Assembly: GCA_049521175.1 (NCBI GenBank)
Contig: JBEKPB010000003.1
Coordinates: forward strand, 6,704-70,703
From: Candidatus Limnocylindrales bacterium
GTDB lineage: Bacteria; Chloroflexota; Limnocylindria; Limnocylindrales; CSP1-4
Reading direction: 5' to 3'
Length of the DNA: 64,000 bases
Made by a program: the position numbers and the translations under genes. Positions 29,471 to 43,802 of the stretch are shown here, piece by piece. The notes below the pieces were generated by a model that ran no database searches, had not been told where the DNA came from, and saw only the letters and a program-made list of their open reading frames with translations. Within the stretch, counting starts at the first letter, position 1; each line of letters opens with the position of its first letter.

Positions 29471-30247
29471 ATGGCAGATGGCGTCACCGCGGTAGTCAAC
29501 AGGCCGGTATGGGTGGATCTCTCGAGCTCCGACCCCGAGGCCTCCCGCGCCTTCTACTCCAAGCTGCTCGGCTGGCAGGTTGAGGTCAACCCGGACCCGC
29601 AGTACGGCGGGTACGCGCTGGCCAGGATCGGCGCCCAGGACGTCGCCGGGATCGGGCCGAAGATGATGCCGGATGCCCCGACGGCCTGGACCGTGTACAT
29701 CGGAACAGACGATGCCAATGCGCTCGCAGCTAAGGTCCAGGCCGCCGGAGGCAAGGTCATCGCCCCGCCTATGGCCGTCGGCGATCAAGGCACCATGGCG
29801 GTCTTCCAGGATCCGGCCGGGGCGTTCATCGCCGCCTGGCAACCGAAGGCAATGCGGGGATTCGGTCAGGACATACCGGGTAGTTTCGGCTGGGCCGAGC
29901 TGAGTGCCCGTGGCATCGACAAGGTCCTGCCGTTCTACACCTCGATCTTCGGCTGGCGATCGAAGCAGAGCGAGATGGGTGAGGGGCAGCCGCCCTACAC
30001 CGAGTTCTTGCTCGGCGACGACAGCATCGCCGGCGGGATGGAGATGAACCCGATGGTACCCGTCGAGGTCCCCAGTTACTGGCTGGTGTACTTCAACGTG
30101 AGTGACGTGGACGGTTCGTTCAAGAAAGCCATCGATGCCGGTGCCACGGAGATGCTCGCACCGCAGGACTTCGCGGGCGGCCGTTTCGCGATCCTGGCCG
30201 ACCCGCAGGGCGCGGCCTTCGGGCTCCTGAGGATGCTTCCGCGGTAG
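29471..30247 (+). CDS. VOC-family (glyoxalase/bleomycin-resistance/dioxygenase) two-domain protein
   Basis: Trimmed to ATG (MADGVTAV...). Two tandem beta-alpha-beta-beta-beta modules (WVDLSSSDP...; WAELSARG...). Confidence 0.75.
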   Translation: MADGVTAVVNRPVWVDLSSSDPEASRAFYSKLLGWQVEVNPDPQYGGYALARIGAQDVAGIGPKMMPDAPTAWTVYIGTDDANALAAKVQAAGGKVIAPPMAVGDQGTMAVFQDPAGAFIAAWQPKAMRGFGQDIPGSFGWAELSARGIDKVLPFYTSIFGWRSKQSEMGEGQPPYTEFLLGDDSIAGGMEMNPMVPVEVPSYWLVYFNVSDVDGSFKKAIDAGATEMLAPQDFAGGRFAILADPQGAAFGLLRMLPR

Positions 30248-30264
30248 GGGGACGCCGGCGGTGT

Positions 30265-33186
30265 CTACGGGACCGGGCGGGCCGGAGCCTCGGCATCCAA
30301 CGCCATCCGGACGCGGCTTAGCAGCAGGTTTGGGCTGAACGGTTTCTCCAGTAGAATCACGCCGTCCGCCAGGGCGCCGTGGTGGGCAATCACTTCATGA
30401 GCGTGCCCGGACATCAACAGCACCCTTATCCCGGGCCGCACCGAAGCGACCTGGCCCGCCAGGTAGACGCCGTTGCCGTCGGGCATTACGACGTCCGTGA
30501 GGAGCAACTCGATCGGGCCTGAGAACCTCTTCACGATCTCGGTTGCCATCGCCGGCCCACTGGCGGCCATGACCGCATAACCGTGGTGCTCGAGCACCGA
30601 GACGGTCAGTTTCCGCACGGACGGCTCGTCCTCGACCACCAGGATCGTCTCGTGGCCTTTGGGCAGCGCCTCGGCAAGCAGCTGGTCGGCCGGCGTGTGC
30701 TGGCGACCCGGCGCCCGGGGCAGACAGATTTCGAACGTAGAGCCCTGCCCCGGCTCGCTGCGCACGTCGATGCTCCCCTCCGACTGCCTGACGATGCCGT
30801 AGACCGTGGCCAGCCCAAGGCCGGTGCCCTTGCCAACCTCCTTGGTCGTGAAGAAGGGCTCGAAGAGATGGGCCAACGTATCCGCACCCATACCCGAGCC
30901 GGTGTCCGTGACCCTGAGCATCACGTGCGGCCCGGCCCGAACCCCTTCGTGGGCCCGGGCAAAGGCGGCGTCGAGCGTCACGTTGTGAGTCTCGAGCGTC
31001 AGGATGCCGCCCCGGGGCATCGCGTCCTTGGCGTTGACCGCGAGGTTCAGGAGCACCTGCGTCAGCTGGCCCGGATCTGCGCGAACGAGGCCAAGATCCG
31101 GGTCGAGGACGGCGTTGAGGAGTATGTCCTCGCTGATCAGGCGGGTAATCATGCTGCGCAGTTCTTGGATCGACTCGTTGAGGTTGATGTCCTGCGGCTG
31201 GAGAACCTGCCGCCGGCTGAACGCCAGCAGCTGGCGGGTGAGCGTGGCCGCCCTCTCTCCGGCCAGGATGATCTCGTCCACCTCAGCCACCCTTGAGTCT
31301 CCCGGCTCCAGCTCGCTGCGGAGAATGTGCGCATAACCGGAGATGGCCATCAGCAGGTTGTTGAAGTCGTGGGCCACGCCGCCGGCAAGCCGCCCGACGG
31401 CCTCCATCTTCTGGGCCTGCCTGAGCCGCTCCTCGAGCTTCGAACGCTGGGTCACGTCGATGGCGAGAGCCACGCGGGCCGGCCGTCCATCCCAGGTCAG
31501 GTCATGCGACGTGACTTCCACGTCGATGATCGAGCCATCGGCGCGGAGATGGCGGACCACCCTGGCCGTGGAAAGCAACGCCTCCCCGTCGTTCAGAACG
31601 CCGAGGCGGGCAGGCGCCTCCTCGAGGGGAAGGACGTCGGCGATCGTCATTGCCCGGAATTCGTCGGCCGACCAGCCGTACTGCTCGACCGCCGTGTCGT
31701 TGACGGCCAGGAACCGCAGCGTCTCGCAGTCGTAGATCCACATCGGGTGGGGGTTGCTCTCAAACAGGTCGCGGTAGCGGCGCTCCGAGGCGCGCAGCGA
31801 TTCCTCGGCTGCCTTCCGCGCGGAGATGTCGAGAATGAAGCCGATCGTCGCGGGCCCATCGGGCAGGACGATGTCCTGGGCCCGCACGTCGAGCTGGAAC
31901 TGCGATCCGTCGCTCCGCAGCCCGACGGTCTCGAAGCCTGCGGGCAGACGCGCACCCCCAGCCCTGGACTCGATGCGGTCGATCAGCTCCTGCCGGTTGC
32001 CGGCGGCAACGAAGTCAGTCAGGCGTCTGGCCCGAACGTCCGCCCCGCCCGCGCCGAACATCTTGCGGACGGTGTCACTGACGAGGAGCAGCGAGCCTCG
32101 GCGTGCGATCACCATTCCGGCGGGCGAGTCCTCGAAGATGATCCGGAAACGCTCCTCGCTCTGGCGGGCCACGGTGAGAGCCGCGTCCATGCGGAATATC
32201 ACGAGCCCAACGATCAGCGCCCACGCCACGAGAGTCACAGGGGTAAGCGCGGAACCCCCGGATGCGGTCTCCACCGCGGCGGTGGCCGGCACCAGCAGCA
32301 GGGCAACGGCGACCAACACGCCGCGCGCCGTGCGCTGCCGCATCCAGTCGGCCCCATCGGCCACCAGACCAGTCCGGGCGGCCGGATGCATGACCGCTGC
32401 GGCCCAGACCATCATGGACATGAGCCAGGCGGCGTCGATCGGCGATCTAGTGACATCGAAATCCGGGTTCACCTGGCTGATCCACAGATACAAGACGTCG
32501 GCGATGAACGTGACCGTCAGCCCTACCAGGAGCAGTGCGAGTACGGGCGAGCGAAGGTTGCCTGTGAGTGCGGACCTCACTGCCACCGCCAACAGGGCGA
32601 CGTCCCCGATCGGATAGGCGACGACTACGGCGAGGTCCAGCGGCGAACCCGTATAGCCGTTCAGGGAGGGCCGCACGACGAACTCGATGATCACAACGGA
32701 CATCGCCGCCGTGATCATCAGCGTGTCCAGGACGACGGCCCGGTCCGGGCGCGCTCGAACGAGGAGCATTACACCGGCAATGAGCAGCGGGTACTCCCCG
32801 AGGTAGAAGAGGTCGGCGACCGACGTTGCCGGCGAGACGTTCTCGACCAGAGTCAGCCAGTACCACACCGCGTCGCCGATCGTCAGCGACAGCATGCCGG
32901 CACCGAAAAGTGCCCACGCGAGAGGCCTCGCCGGGCGATTGAGGCGCAGGCTGGCAAACACGACGGCGACGGCTACCGCATCGATCGCGACATACTCGAC
33001 CGCCTGGCCGTCCGGTCCCAGGAACGGAGCGTAGTACAGGGCAACCGCGACAGTACCGAAGAGCAGCACCGCGAGCCAGATGCGTAAGTGGCCGCCTTCG
33101 GCGTTCGCCTCCGAAGTGTCGCCCCCACGCCCGCTCGTGCCGGTTTCCGATCGTGCTGACCCGTCGCTCATAGCTCCGTTTACCAA
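30265..33186 (-). CDS. Hybrid sensor histidine kinase (multi-TM N-terminal sensor, 2x PAS, HisKA, HATPase_c, REC)
   Basis: About 8 N-terminal TM helices, two PAS segments, HDFNNLL H-box, ATPase G-boxes and a C-terminal receiver ([13 protein letters not shown]). Paralogous to the kinase at 3553..5325; divergent from the hox operon. Confidence 0.85.
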   Translation of the reverse strand: MVNGAMSDGSARSETGTSGRGGDTSEANAEGGHLRIWLAVLLFGTVAVALYYAPFLGPDGQAVEYVAIDAVAVAVVFASLRLNRPARPLAWALFGAGMLSLTIGDAVWYWLTLVENVSPATSVADLFYLGEYPLLIAGVMLLVRARPDRAVVLDTLMITAAMSVVIIEFVVRPSLNGYTGSPLDLAVVVAYPIGDVALLAVAVRSALTGNLRSPVLALLLVGLTVTFIADVLYLWISQVNPDFDVTRSPIDAAWLMSMMVWAAAVMHPAARTGLVADGADWMRQRTARGVLVAVALLLVPATAAVETASGGSALTPVTLVAWALIVGLVIFRMDAALTVARQSEERFRIIFEDSPAGMVIARRGSLLLVSDTVRKMFGAGGADVRARRLTDFVAAGNRQELIDRIESRAGGARLPAGFETVGLRSDGSQFQLDVRAQDIVLPDGPATIGFILDISARKAAEESLRASERRYRDLFESNPHPMWIYDCETLRFLAVNDTAVEQYGWSADEFRAMTIADVLPLEEAPARLGVLNDGEALLSTARVVRHLRADGSIIDVEVTSHDLTWDGRPARVALAIDVTQRSKLEERLRQAQKMEAVGRLAGGVAHDFNNLLMAISGYAHILRSELEPGDSRVAEVDEIILAGERAATLTRQLLAFSRRQVLQPQDINLNESIQELRSMITRLISEDILLNAVLDPDLGLVRADPGQLTQVLLNLAVNAKDAMPRGGILTLETHNVTLDAAFARAHEGVRAGPHVMLRVTDTGSGMGADTLAHLFEPFFTTKEVGKGTGLGLATVYGIVRQSEGSIDVRSEPGQGSTFEICLPRAPGRQHTPADQLLAEALPKGHETILVVEDEPSVRKLTVSVLEHHGYAVMAASGPAMATEIVKRFSGPIELLLTDVVMPDGNGVYLAGQVASVRPGIRVLLMSGHAHEVIAHHGALADGVILLEKPFSPNLLLSRVRMALDAEAPARPVP

Positions 33187-33575
33187 CTCGCCGTCTATCC
33201 TCAGCCCCGGGAATATCGTCTGGCCCGTCCACCTTGGGCCGACGCGGGCTGAACGTGGAGACTTGCTCCAGCTGCCTCAGTTGTCGATGGGCACCTGTCC
33301 GACCGCAATGGCTCGCGAGTACTCAGCGAGTTGGCCGTTCGGATAGCAGCGTCGAAGGTTACACCGTCGCGGCCCGTCCGCCGAATGACCTCCGGGTCCG
33401 CCCGGCAGGGCGCGAGAAGGGAGAACGGCCCCCAACAGTCGGGAGGAGCGGCCCACTGAGGCGCCCGTCCGGCTCCCTATCATCAAGGCGACCGGTCCGG
33501 GCGTCCCGTCAGATCGTGTGCGAACCGCGCCGACCGGCTTCAGATCGGTTCATCCCTGCCGGTCACACTGGAAAG

Positions 33576-34073
33576 ATGGCAATGCCAGTTCTGCACGCCA
33601 AGCCACTCGCGCCGACCGACGACAAGCGCTGGAAGATCGTTGAGACCCGCATGCGCCGGATGGGCGACCGCCCGGCCGCACTGATCGAGGCCCTCCACGC
33701 CGCCCAGGAGGCGTTCGGGTATCTCGACACCGACGCCCTCCACTTCGTCGGCGACACGCTTGGCGTTCCTCAATCGCGCGTATACGGCGTGGCAACCTTC
33801 TACTCGTTCTTCATACTCAAGCCGCAGGGCGAGCACACCTGCGTGGTTTGCACAGGGACCGCCTGCTACATCAACGGCGCGAAGGAGATACTGGCCGGTC
33901 TCGATCGGTCACTCCACGTCAAACCCAAGGAGACCACTGCGGACGGCAAGATTTCGATCCTGACGGCGCGCTGCCTCGGTGCCTGCAGCCTCGCGCCCGC
34001 CGTCATCGTCGACGGCGACGTCAAGGGCAAAGTCACCGCCGGCGAGCTCGTTGCCCAACTGGAGGCGATGTGA
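33576..34073 (+). CDS. hoxE: NAD-reducing hydrogenase diaphorase small subunit HoxE-like (NuoE-family 2Fe-2S thioredoxin-like ferredoxin)
   Basis: Trimmed to ATG (MAMPVL...) with GGAAAG RBS. Cys ligand pattern C..C...C....C typical of NuoE/HoxE; ATGTGA overlap with the next gene. Confidence 0.75.
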   Translation: MAMPVLHAKPLAPTDDKRWKIVETRMRRMGDRPAALIEALHAAQEAFGYLDTDALHFVGDTLGVPQSRVYGVATFYSFFILKPQGEHTCVVCTGTACYINGAKEILAGLDRSLHVKPKETTADGKISILTARCLGACSLAPAVIVDGDVKGKVTAGELVAQLEAM

Positions 34074-35722
34074 GCGAGATGCCCGCCGTGGCGCGACCCA
34101 ATCGCCGCCGAGCCGCGGACGGAACTACCGAGGGTCGGCCGCGCGCGTCTGCGTACGTGTGCGAGGCCGCCAGCTGCATGTCGGCACAGGCCCACGACAT
34201 AACCCTCCGTCTCGGCGAGCGTTGCGCCGAGGCCGGCCTGACCGATGTGTCAATCAAGCGAGTCGGCTGCCTCGGTCTTTGCGCCGCGGGCCCGCTCGTC
34301 GAGATCGCCGAGACGGGCAAGCTCTTCGACCGTGTCACGCCAGACAACGTGGACGGCATCGTCAGGGCCCTCAAGCACGTCAAGCCCGGCGACACGCGCC
34401 AGCCGCAGGGCCCCTTCTTCGAGAAGCAGCTCAGGGTCGCAACCGAGAACCTCGGCCGGATCGACCCCGAAAGCCTCGACGACTACATCGCTCGGGGCGG
34501 ATACGAGGCCCTCCAGCGAGTGCTGTCCGAGCTGACCTCGACCGAGGTCCGCGACGAGCTCACGAAGAGCGGTCTACGGGGACGCGGCGGCGCCGGCTAC
34601 CCCGTCGGGCTCAAGTGGACGACCGTGGCCAAGGCGCAGGGAACCCAGAAGTACGTCGTGTGCAACGCCGACGAGGGCGACCCGGGCGCGTTCATGGACC
34701 GCAGCGTCCTCGAGAGCGACCCGTTCCGAGTCCTCGAAGGCATGACCATCGCCGCCTTCGCGGTCCACGCCACCGAGGGCTACATCTACTGCCGCGCCGA
34801 GTACCCGCTGGCGGTGTCCCGGCTCCGCACGGCCATTCGGCTGGCACAGCGCGCCGGATATCTCGGGACTGGCATCGCCGACACCTCGTTCAACTTCGAC
34901 ATCCAGATCAGGCTCGGCGCCGGCGCCTTCGTATGCGGCGAGGAGACCGCGCTGATCGCATCGATCGAAGGCCGCCGCGGCACGCCTCGCCCGCGCCCGC
35001 CCTATCCGGCGGTCCAGGGGCTGTGGGACTGCCCCACCTTGATCAACAACGTCGAGTCCTTCGCCAACGTGCCCACGATCCTCCGCAAGGGTTCGGAGTG
35101 GTACTCCAGCATCGGCATAGGGAAGAGCAAAGGCACCAAGGTCTTCGCTCTTGCCGGCCGCATCGTGAACACCGGGCTGGTCGAGGTCCCGATGGGAACG
35201 ACTCTGCGGGAGATCGTCTACGACATCGGCGGCGGCATCATCGACGGCCGGCCGTTCAAGGCGGTCCAGACCGGGGGCCCATCGGGCGGCTGCATCCCGG
35301 CCGAGTTCCTCGACACGCCCGTCAGCTACGAATCCCTGATCGAGCTCGGCTCCTTCATGGGTTCCGGCGGCCTGATCATCATGGACGACACCTCGTGCAT
35401 GGTCGACGTCGCCAAGTACTTCATGGATTTCTGTCGCGAGGAGTCGTGCGGAAAGTGCGTCCCTTGCCGCGTCGGCACCACGCAGTTGTACATGCTCCTC
35501 GACCAGATCACCCGCGGCGAGGCCACCCTCGACGACCTGGCTCAGCTCGAACGCCTGGCCGGAATCATCCAGAAGACCTCGCTCTGCGGCCTCGGCCAGG
35601 GGGCGCCCAATCCGATCTTCAGCACGCTGCGCTACTTCCGGGATGAATACCTCGCTCACATCGTCCACAAGGTCTGTCCCGCCGGCGTCTGCACGATCAC
35701 ACGCCCGGAGGTGACGGCATGA
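34070..35722 (+). CDS. hoxF: NAD-reducing hydrogenase diaphorase subunit HoxF (NuoF-like, NAD/FMN binding, 4Fe-4S)
   Basis: GTG/ATG start 34070/34079. [20 protein letters not shown]-binding and FMN glycine motifs, and C-terminal CGKCVPCR 4Fe-4S motif (SLBB domain). Confidence 0.85.
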   Translation: MSEMPAVARPNRRRAADGTTEGRPRASAYVCEAASCMSAQAHDITLRLGERCAEAGLTDVSIKRVGCLGLCAAGPLVEIAETGKLFDRVTPDNVDGIVRALKHVKPGDTRQPQGPFFEKQLRVATENLGRIDPESLDDYIARGGYEALQRVLSELTSTEVRDELTKSGLRGRGGAGYPVGLKWTTVAKAQGTQKYVVCNADEGDPGAFMDRSVLESDPFRVLEGMTIAAFAVHATEGYIYCRAEYPLAVSRLRTAIRLAQRAGYLGTGIADTSFNFDIQIRLGAGAFVCGEETALIASIEGRRGTPRPRPPYPAVQGLWDCPTLINNVESFANVPTILRKGSEWYSSIGIGKSKGTKVFALAGRIVNTGLVEVPMGTTLREIVYDIGGGIIDGRPFKAVQTGGPSGGCIPAEFLDTPVSYESLIELGSFMGSGGLIIMDDTSCMVDVAKYFMDFCREESCGKCVPCRVGTTQLYMLLDQITRGEATLDDLAQLERLAGIIQKTSLCGLGQGAPNPIFSTLRYFRDEYLAHIVHKVCPAGVCTITRPEVTA

Positions 35723-36435
35723 CCACCGTCTTCACCTTCCAGATCGACGGCAAGGACGTTGCCGGCATGGAAGGCCAGACAGTCATGGAGGTGGCCGAGG
35801 AGAACGGGATCGACATCCCCGGCCTGTGCCACCTGACTGGGATCCACGATCGCGGCGCATGCCGCCTGTGCATGGTCGAGATCGGCGGCTCATCCAAGCT
35901 GACCGCCGCCTGCACGACCAAGATCGTCGAGGGGATGGAGGTCACGGCCCATTCCGAGCGGCTCCAGGAATACCGGCGGGCAATCACTGAGATGCTGTTC
36001 GTCGAGCGCAACCACGTCTGCGCCGTCTGCGTCGCCAACAACCACTGCGAGCTCCAGGAGACGGCCGCCGAGCTGGAGCTGACCCATTTCGACCTGCCGA
36101 GGATCAACCCTAAGCTCGACATCGACGCCAGCCACCGGCTATTCGCCATCGACCACAACCGCTGCATCCTGTGCCTGCGCTGCGTTCGCGTGTGCGACGA
36201 GATCGAGGGCGCTCACACCTGGGACGTAATGCACCGCGGACTCGAGACCCGCGTCCAGACGGACATGGGCATCCCGTGGGGCGAGTCGACGACCTGCACC
36301 AGTTGCGGGAAGTGCGTCCAGGTCTGCCCGACCGGTGCCCTCTTCGAGAAGGGACGCGCGGTTGCTTCCGGCAGCAAGCATGAGCGACCCTTCCTGCCGT
36401 GGCTCAAGGTCGTGCAAGAGGAGCGTGGGCTGTGA
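35719..36435 (+). CDS. hoxU: NAD-reducing hydrogenase subunit HoxU (NuoG N-terminal-like 2Fe-2S plus 4Fe-4S ferredoxin)
   Basis: ATGA overlap with hoxF. 2Fe-2S ferredoxin N-domain ([18 protein letters not shown]) and two CxxCxxCxxxCP clusters. Confidence 0.85.
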   Translation: MTTVFTFQIDGKDVAGMEGQTVMEVAEENGIDIPGLCHLTGIHDRGACRLCMVEIGGSSKLTAACTTKIVEGMEVTAHSERLQEYRRAITEMLFVERNHVCAVCVANNHCELQETAAELELTHFDLPRINPKLDIDASHRLFAIDHNRCILCLRCVRVCDEIEGAHTWDVMHRGLETRVQTDMGIPWGESTTCTSCGKCVQVCPTGALFEKGRAVASGSKHERPFLPWLKVVQEERGL

Positions 36436-36962
36436 CCAAGCCGCGCGTCGCTACGGTTTGGCTCGATGGCTGCTCGGGCTGCCACATGTCGCTGCTCGAC
36501 CTGGACGAGCGCCTGCTGGACATCTTCGAACGGGCAGACCTCGTGTACAGCCCGCTGGTCGACTTCAAGGACTATCCCGAGGACGTTGACGTCTGCCTCG
36601 TCGAGGGCGCCGTCTCTAGCGACGAGGACCTGCACAAGATCAAGATGGTCCGCGAGCGGACGAAGACGATCATCGCCTTCGGCGACTGCGCGGTGACGTC
36701 CAACGTCCCCGGGATGCGCAACCCGATCGGCGTCGGGCCCCTGCTGGACCGCTCATACATCGAAAACGTGACCATGAACCCGCAGATCCCGTCGCGGGTC
36801 GTGCCCAAGCTCCTGCCGACCGCGCAGCCGGTCCATCGCGTCGTAAAGGTCGACGTCTTCCTGCCCGGCTGCCCGCCCGATGCCGACCTCATCTACACCA
36901 TGCTCGATGACCTGCTGGCCGGTCGCGTCCCCGACGTCGCCGGATCCAGGTTCGGTCGCTGA
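36432..36962 (+). CDS. hoxY: [NiFe] hydrogenase small subunit HoxY (group 3d)
   Basis: GTGA overlap with hoxU. WLDGCSGCHMSLLD proximal-cluster Cys motif and C-terminal GCPP. Confidence 0.8.
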   Translation: MTKPRVATVWLDGCSGCHMSLLDLDERLLDIFERADLVYSPLVDFKDYPEDVDVCLVEGAVSSDEDLHKIKMVRERTKTIIAFGDCAVTSNVPGMRNPIGVGPLLDRSYIENVTMNPQIPSRVVPKLLPTAQPVHRVVKVDVFLPGCPPDADLIYTMLDDLLAGRVPDVAGSRFGR

Positions 36963-36972
36963 CGGGAGCCCC

Positions 36973-38394
<1,422 letters not shown>

Positions 38395-38437
38395 TGAAAG
38401 CCGGTTAGGCGGCCCGGCGGAGGCGAGTGGCGGCGCG

Positions 38438-38917
38438 ATGAATGGCGGCCCCGAGGGAACGCTCATCGTCGGCTACGGGAATGCCCTTCGGGGCGACGAC
38501 GGCATGGGCTGGCATGCGGTTCAGCGCCTGTCCGAAGATCGGCGACTGAGTGGTGCTCAGGTGCTCTGGCGGCACCAGCTCACGCCGGAGCTCGCCGACG
38601 ACCTCAGCAGAGCGTCGCTGGCAGTTCTGATAGACATCGATGTCGAGCTCGAGGCCGGCGCCGTCTCCGTCCGCCGCCTGGACTCTGCCCCGGATACCGG
38701 ATCGGCGTGGTCCCACCACATCGAGCCGGCGTCGTTGGTTTCGCTCGCGCACGAGCTTTACGGTGCCACGCCGGCCGTATTCGTGGTGAGCGTCGGGGCG
38801 GGCTCGCTGGAGGTCGGCGATCGCCTGTCGCCGGCGGTCGAGCGGGCGCTCCCGGAAGTGGTGGACGCCGTCGTCGCCATCGTCGCCGGGCACGGGGCCC
38901 GCGCCAGCGACCTCTAG
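38438..38917 (+). CDS. hoxW: Hydrogenase maturation endopeptidase (HoxW/HycI family)
   Basis: Trimmed to ATG (MNGGPEG...). GYGNALRGDDGMG and conserved Asp/His metal ligands. Confidence 0.75.
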   Translation: MNGGPEGTLIVGYGNALRGDDGMGWHAVQRLSEDRRLSGAQVLWRHQLTPELADDLSRASLAVLIDIDVELEAGAVSVRRLDSAPDTGSAWSHHIEPASLVSLAHELYGATPAVFVVSVGAGSLEVGDRLSPAVERALPEVVDAVVAIVAGHGARASDL

Positions 38918-38953
38918 GAGGCGGCCGACGCTCGCCAAACCGCGCTGTATCGG

Positions 38954-39352
38954 CTAACCCTGTCGGAGACCGAGGAAGTTGCCGTCGGGGTCGCGGAACC
39001 AGGCGCCTCGGGCGGGACCCATCTGGGCGATGTGGCCGGTTGTCTGGAGGGGGCCTTCGGTGTAGTCGACGAACGCCACGCCCTTGGCTTGGAGGTCGCG
39101 CACCGCGGCCTCGATGTCGGCGACTTCGAAATGGGCCAGGGTGTGCTCGGTGGTCAGGCCCGGGCGCCTGAAGATCGAGGGCTCGCTCCCGCCGCCGCAG
39201 CGGAAGCGGCATGAGGCAGGGTTCTTCCAGAGAAACGTCAATCCGAGCGTCTCACCGTAGTAGGCCTTGGACCGTTCGAGGTCGCTTACTGGCACTGTGG
39301 CCACGGCCATGGTTGCGCCGATCATCGCGTTCGCTCCCGTAGATCTCTCCAT
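38954..39352 (-). CDS. VOC/glyoxalase-family protein
   Basis: Single glyoxalase-like module (VPVSDLERSKAYYGETLGL...WFRDPDGNFL); true start possibly an internal ATG. Confidence 0.6.
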   Translation of the reverse strand: MERSTGANAMIGATMAVATVPVSDLERSKAYYGETLGLTFLWKNPASCRFRCGGGSEPSIFRRPGLTTEHTLAHFEVADIEAAVRDLQAKGVAFVDYTEGPLQTTGHIAQMGPARGAWFRDPDGNFLGLRQG

Positions 39353-39660
39353 TCGGCGGATCGCTCACACCATCGTCTGCCGAACGCGGCCGAGTCTGTG
39401 GGCAGCGTCCCGATCGCCCCACGGCAACTGGTCGAGCATGCCTCGGTCGCGCTCCACGGCCCTGACCCGAGCATGGGAGGACCACCAGGCGGGCGAGCAC
39501 CCGCCGCCTGCCACGTGCCGTCCGATAGGAGCCGCCGGCGTCCCGGACCGCGCACTCCGACGATCGCATCGACCGCTTTCAGGCAATCCTCAGCACGATT
39601 GCCGAACCTGTGCCCGGAGGATTCTCCGTCCAGGCGGCGAGCCCGGAGTTCCACTGCTCG

Positions 39661-40599
39661 ATGACTCAGTTGCAGGACCAGCCACGCCCGCCCGTTCGCA
39701 GGTCATGGTCGAGGCCGCTTTCCCGGATTCGGAACCGGATACGCTGGGCCGCGCCGTTCGCCCTGGGCGTGCTGGCCACTTTCATCGCGCTCAACCTGTA
39801 CGGCGCGGCGAGGCCCGCGACGCAGTCCTTGACCCAGCAGGACGTGAACCAGGCCATTTCACAGGCGCTCGCGTCGCAGACGCCCGGGCCGGCACTCTCT
39901 CAGGAGGCGTATGCGGCCATCGCACCTTCGCTCGTCCTAATCCAGACTCAGCAGCCGCGCAGCGGCGCCTCGCCCGGCGGTAGCGCGTCGCCGGGGACAA
40001 GCGTCTTGCCCGGCGCAAGCGCGCAACCGAGCCTGGGCACCAGCACCGCAACCGCCGCTCCAGACGGCGTGCTGGGGAGTGGTGTCGTCATCGACGCAAA
40101 CGGCGACATCATGACTTGCCTCCACATCGTCGCCAACGCGACGTCGATCCAGGTGACCTTCGCCGACGGCACGAAGTCGGCGGCCACGATCTCTTCGACG
40201 CTCCCCGAAAGCGACATCGCGGTTCTGCAGGCCACGCAACGTCCGGCCAAGATCGTCCCCGCCGTGCTCGGCAACCCCAGGAGCGTCCAGGTTGGCAGCG
40301 AGGCCTTCGTGGCCGGCAATCCGTTCGGGCTGTCCGGGTCGTTCACGTCGGGAGTCGTCTCCGGGCTCGACCGCTCGTTCCAGCTCCCCAACAACGGCCC
40401 GCTGCTCCAAGGCCTGATCCAGGTCGATGCGGCGGTAAACCCCGGTAGCTCGGGCGGGCCTCTCGTCAACCGCGCCGGCCAGGTCATCGGGATCGTCACC
40501 GCCCTGATCAATCCCACCAACGAAGGCGTCTTCATCGGCATCGGGCTGGCAGTGCCAATAGACGTAGCCGGCGGAGCCGCCGGGCTGCCACCGGACTAG
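39661..40599 (+). CDS. Trypsin-like (S1C/HtrA-type) serine protease, membrane-anchored, no PDZ
   Basis: N-terminal TM; catalytic blocks (GSGVVID...CLHIV; D-I-A-V-L; GNPFGLSGSFTSGVVSG; GSSGGPLV). Alternative upstream ATG at 39610. Confidence 0.7.
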   Translation: MTQLQDQPRPPVRRSWSRPLSRIRNRIRWAAPFALGVLATFIALNLYGAARPATQSLTQQDVNQAISQALASQTPGPALSQEAYAAIAPSLVLIQTQQPRSGASPGGSASPGTSVLPGASAQPSLGTSTATAAPDGVLGSGVVIDANGDIMTCLHIVANATSIQVTFADGTKSAATISSTLPESDIAVLQATQRPAKIVPAVLGNPRSVQVGSEAFVAGNPFGLSGSFTSGVVSGLDRSFQLPNNGPLLQGLIQVDAAVNPGSSGGPLVNRAGQVIGIVTALINPTNEGVFIGIGLAVPIDVAGGAAGLPPD

Positions 40600-40653
40600 A
40601 CCGCCGGCGGACCGATCGGTCCGCCGAAATGAGGCCTCAGGAGGTCGATTCAG

Positions 40654-41670
<1,017 letters not shown>

Positions 41671-41740
41671 CGGCCCGGTCTGGACACCTTCGCCCGGCCC
41701 GGACGAGGAGGCTCGCCCGGGGCCGGGCGGCCATGCCCCA

Positions 41741-42766
41741 GTGCGCCCACTTTTCGCACCGGCGCCGCCCGGCCCGACGCCGTCTGATCCGGCCGTACCC
41801 CGGCCCGCACCCGGCGCGCCCGGCACCACCCAGGTGCGGCCTCCCTCTGCCCCGCCCGGAGTCACCCCGGCCCGGTCGCTCTCCGCCCCGGAACGAATCC
41901 TCCAGCGCCTCGACTGGAAGGTCATCCGCCGTCTCGACGGCGTTCTCCAGGGCGACTACCACAGCCTCTTCCGTGGCAACGGCATCGATCTGGTGGACCT
42001 GCGCGAATACCAGCCCGGCGACGACGTGCGGGCCATCGACTGGAACGTAACGGCGCGGATGGACACGCCGTACGTCCGCGAATACGTCGAGGACCGGGAG
42101 ATCACGGCCTGGTTCCTGCTCGACCTGAGTCCCTCAATCGATTTCGGCAGCGTGGAATCGGAGCGCGTCAAGCGATCAGTCCTGATCGATTTCGTCGCCA
42201 CTCTGGCGCGCCTTCTGACCCGGCGCGGCAACCGGGTAGGCGCGATGTTCTACGGCAGCGCCCTCGAGCGGATCGTTCCGGCGCGAGGCGGACGCGACCA
42301 GGTCCTGCGCCTGATCGACGACCTGATGGACCAACCGCGCCTCTCGAGCGCCCCATTCACGGACCTGGCCCCGCTGCTCGAGGCCGGACATAACACGATC
42401 AAGCGCCGCTCGCTCGTGTTCGTCATCTCCGACTTCATCAGCGTGCCGGGTTGGGAGCGGCCGATGAGCCTGCTCAACCGCCGCCACGAGGTCGTCGCCG
42501 TGCGTCTCTCGGACCCGCGCGAGGTCGCGCTCCCGGACGTCGGGCCGATGATCATGGAAGATGCCGAGACCGGCGAACAGCTGTATGTGGACACCCACGA
42601 CGCCGCGTTCCGGCGCCGGTTCGAGGAGGCGGCGCGCCGGCGCGAGGCCGAGGTATCCGGGGCGTTCAAGCGATCAGGCGTCGAGGCTCTCGCGCTTTCG
42701 ACCGAGGATGACCTCGTGCGCGCCATCGTGCGCATGGCAACCCTCCGCCGCCGGGGCCGGAGGTAG
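41741..42766 (+). CDS. DUF58-domain protein (MoxR-associated, VWA-like)
   Basis: DLREYQPGDDVRAIDWNVTAR motif; Pro-rich N-terminus, so the true start may be later. Confidence 0.8.
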   Translation: MRPLFAPAPPGPTPSDPAVPRPAPGAPGTTQVRPPSAPPGVTPARSLSAPERILQRLDWKVIRRLDGVLQGDYHSLFRGNGIDLVDLREYQPGDDVRAIDWNVTARMDTPYVREYVEDREITAWFLLDLSPSIDFGSVESERVKRSVLIDFVATLARLLTRRGNRVGAMFYGSALERIVPARGGRDQVLRLIDDLMDQPRLSSAPFTDLAPLLEAGHNTIKRRSLVFVISDFISVPGWERPMSLLNRRHEVVAVRLSDPREVALPDVGPMIMEDAETGEQLYVDTHDAAFRRRFEEAARRREAEVSGAFKRSGVEALALSTEDDLVRAIVRMATLRRRGRR

Positions 42767-42769
42767 CCG

Positions 42770-43789
42770 ATGTCGTTCATCTGGCCGTTCATGCTGCTCA
42801 CCCTCGCGCTGATCCCGCTCGGCGTCGCGCTCTACTACCTGATCGAGCGTGGGCGGCGCCGTCGCCTCGCGGCCTACGGCGGGTCACTAGTCGCCCAGGA
42901 AACCACTCACCGCACGACGGGGCTGCGCGGCCGCGTCCCGCCGGCGCTGCTGGTCTGCGGGTTGATCGTCATGTCCGTGGCGATGGCCCGGCCGCAGGCC
43001 GTGATAAGCCTGCCGCGGCAGGAGGGCACGGTCATCCTTGCCTTCGACGTCTCCGGCAGCATGGCCGCCACCGATCTCAAGCCGACGCGAATGGATGCCG
43101 CCAAGGCGGCCGCGAAGGACTTCGTGTCGAAGCAGCCATCGAGCGTCACGATCGGGGTGGTGGCGTTCAGCGACGGGGGCATCTCGGTCCAGACGCCTAC
43201 CAACGACCAGGCCACCGTGCTGGCGGCGATCGATCGCCTGGCGCCGCAACACGGAACGTCGCTCGGCCAGGGCATCCTCGCCTCGCTCGACGCCATAGCC
43301 GTCGCAGAGGCCGGCCCCTACGCCAACAACTACTACTCCAACGTCTCGCCCGCGCCGACCGCGGCACCGACGCCAACGCCTGTGCCGTCCGGGACCCACG
43401 CTCCAGCAGTCATAGTCCTACTCAGCGACGGCGAGAACAACGAGAACCCGGACCCGCAGGCGGCTGCCCAGACGGCGGCAGATCGGGGTGTGCGGATCTA
43501 CACGGTGGGCATCGGCAGCCCGTCGGGCACCACGGTGACCATCGATGGCTTCCAGCTCCACACCCAGCTCGACCAGGCCACCCTGCAAGGGATCTCGCAG
43601 ACGACCGGCGGCACCTACTACGCCGCCGCGGACGAGCAGCAGCTCTTTTCGGTCTACGACAACCTCGACACACAGCTGGTCGTCCAGCCCCAGTTGACCG
43701 AGATCACATCGGTGCTGGCGGGCCTGAGCCTGGTGTTGCTCATCGGCGGCGCCCTGACCTCTCTCCTCTGGCTCGGTCGGCTGCTATGA
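42770..43789 (+). CDS. VWA-domain protein, BatA-like (N- and C-terminal TM)
   Basis: MIDAS motif DVSGSM...T and flanking TM helices. GGAGG RBS and a 3-nt gap to the DUF58 gene. Confidence 0.8.
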   Translation: MSFIWPFMLLTLALIPLGVALYYLIERGRRRRLAAYGGSLVAQETTHRTTGLRGRVPPALLVCGLIVMSVAMARPQAVISLPRQEGTVILAFDVSGSMAATDLKPTRMDAAKAAAKDFVSKQPSSVTIGVVAFSDGGISVQTPTNDQATVLAAIDRLAPQHGTSLGQGILASLDAIAVAEAGPYANNYYSNVSPAPTAAPTPTPVPSGTHAPAVIVLLSDGENNENPDPQAAAQTAADRGVRIYTVGIGSPSGTTVTIDGFQLHTQLDQATLQGISQTTGGTYYAAADEQQLFSVYDNLDTQLVVQPQLTEITSVLAGLSLVLLIGGALTSLLWLGRLL

Positions 43790-43802
43790 GGAGGCTTCGC
43801 TG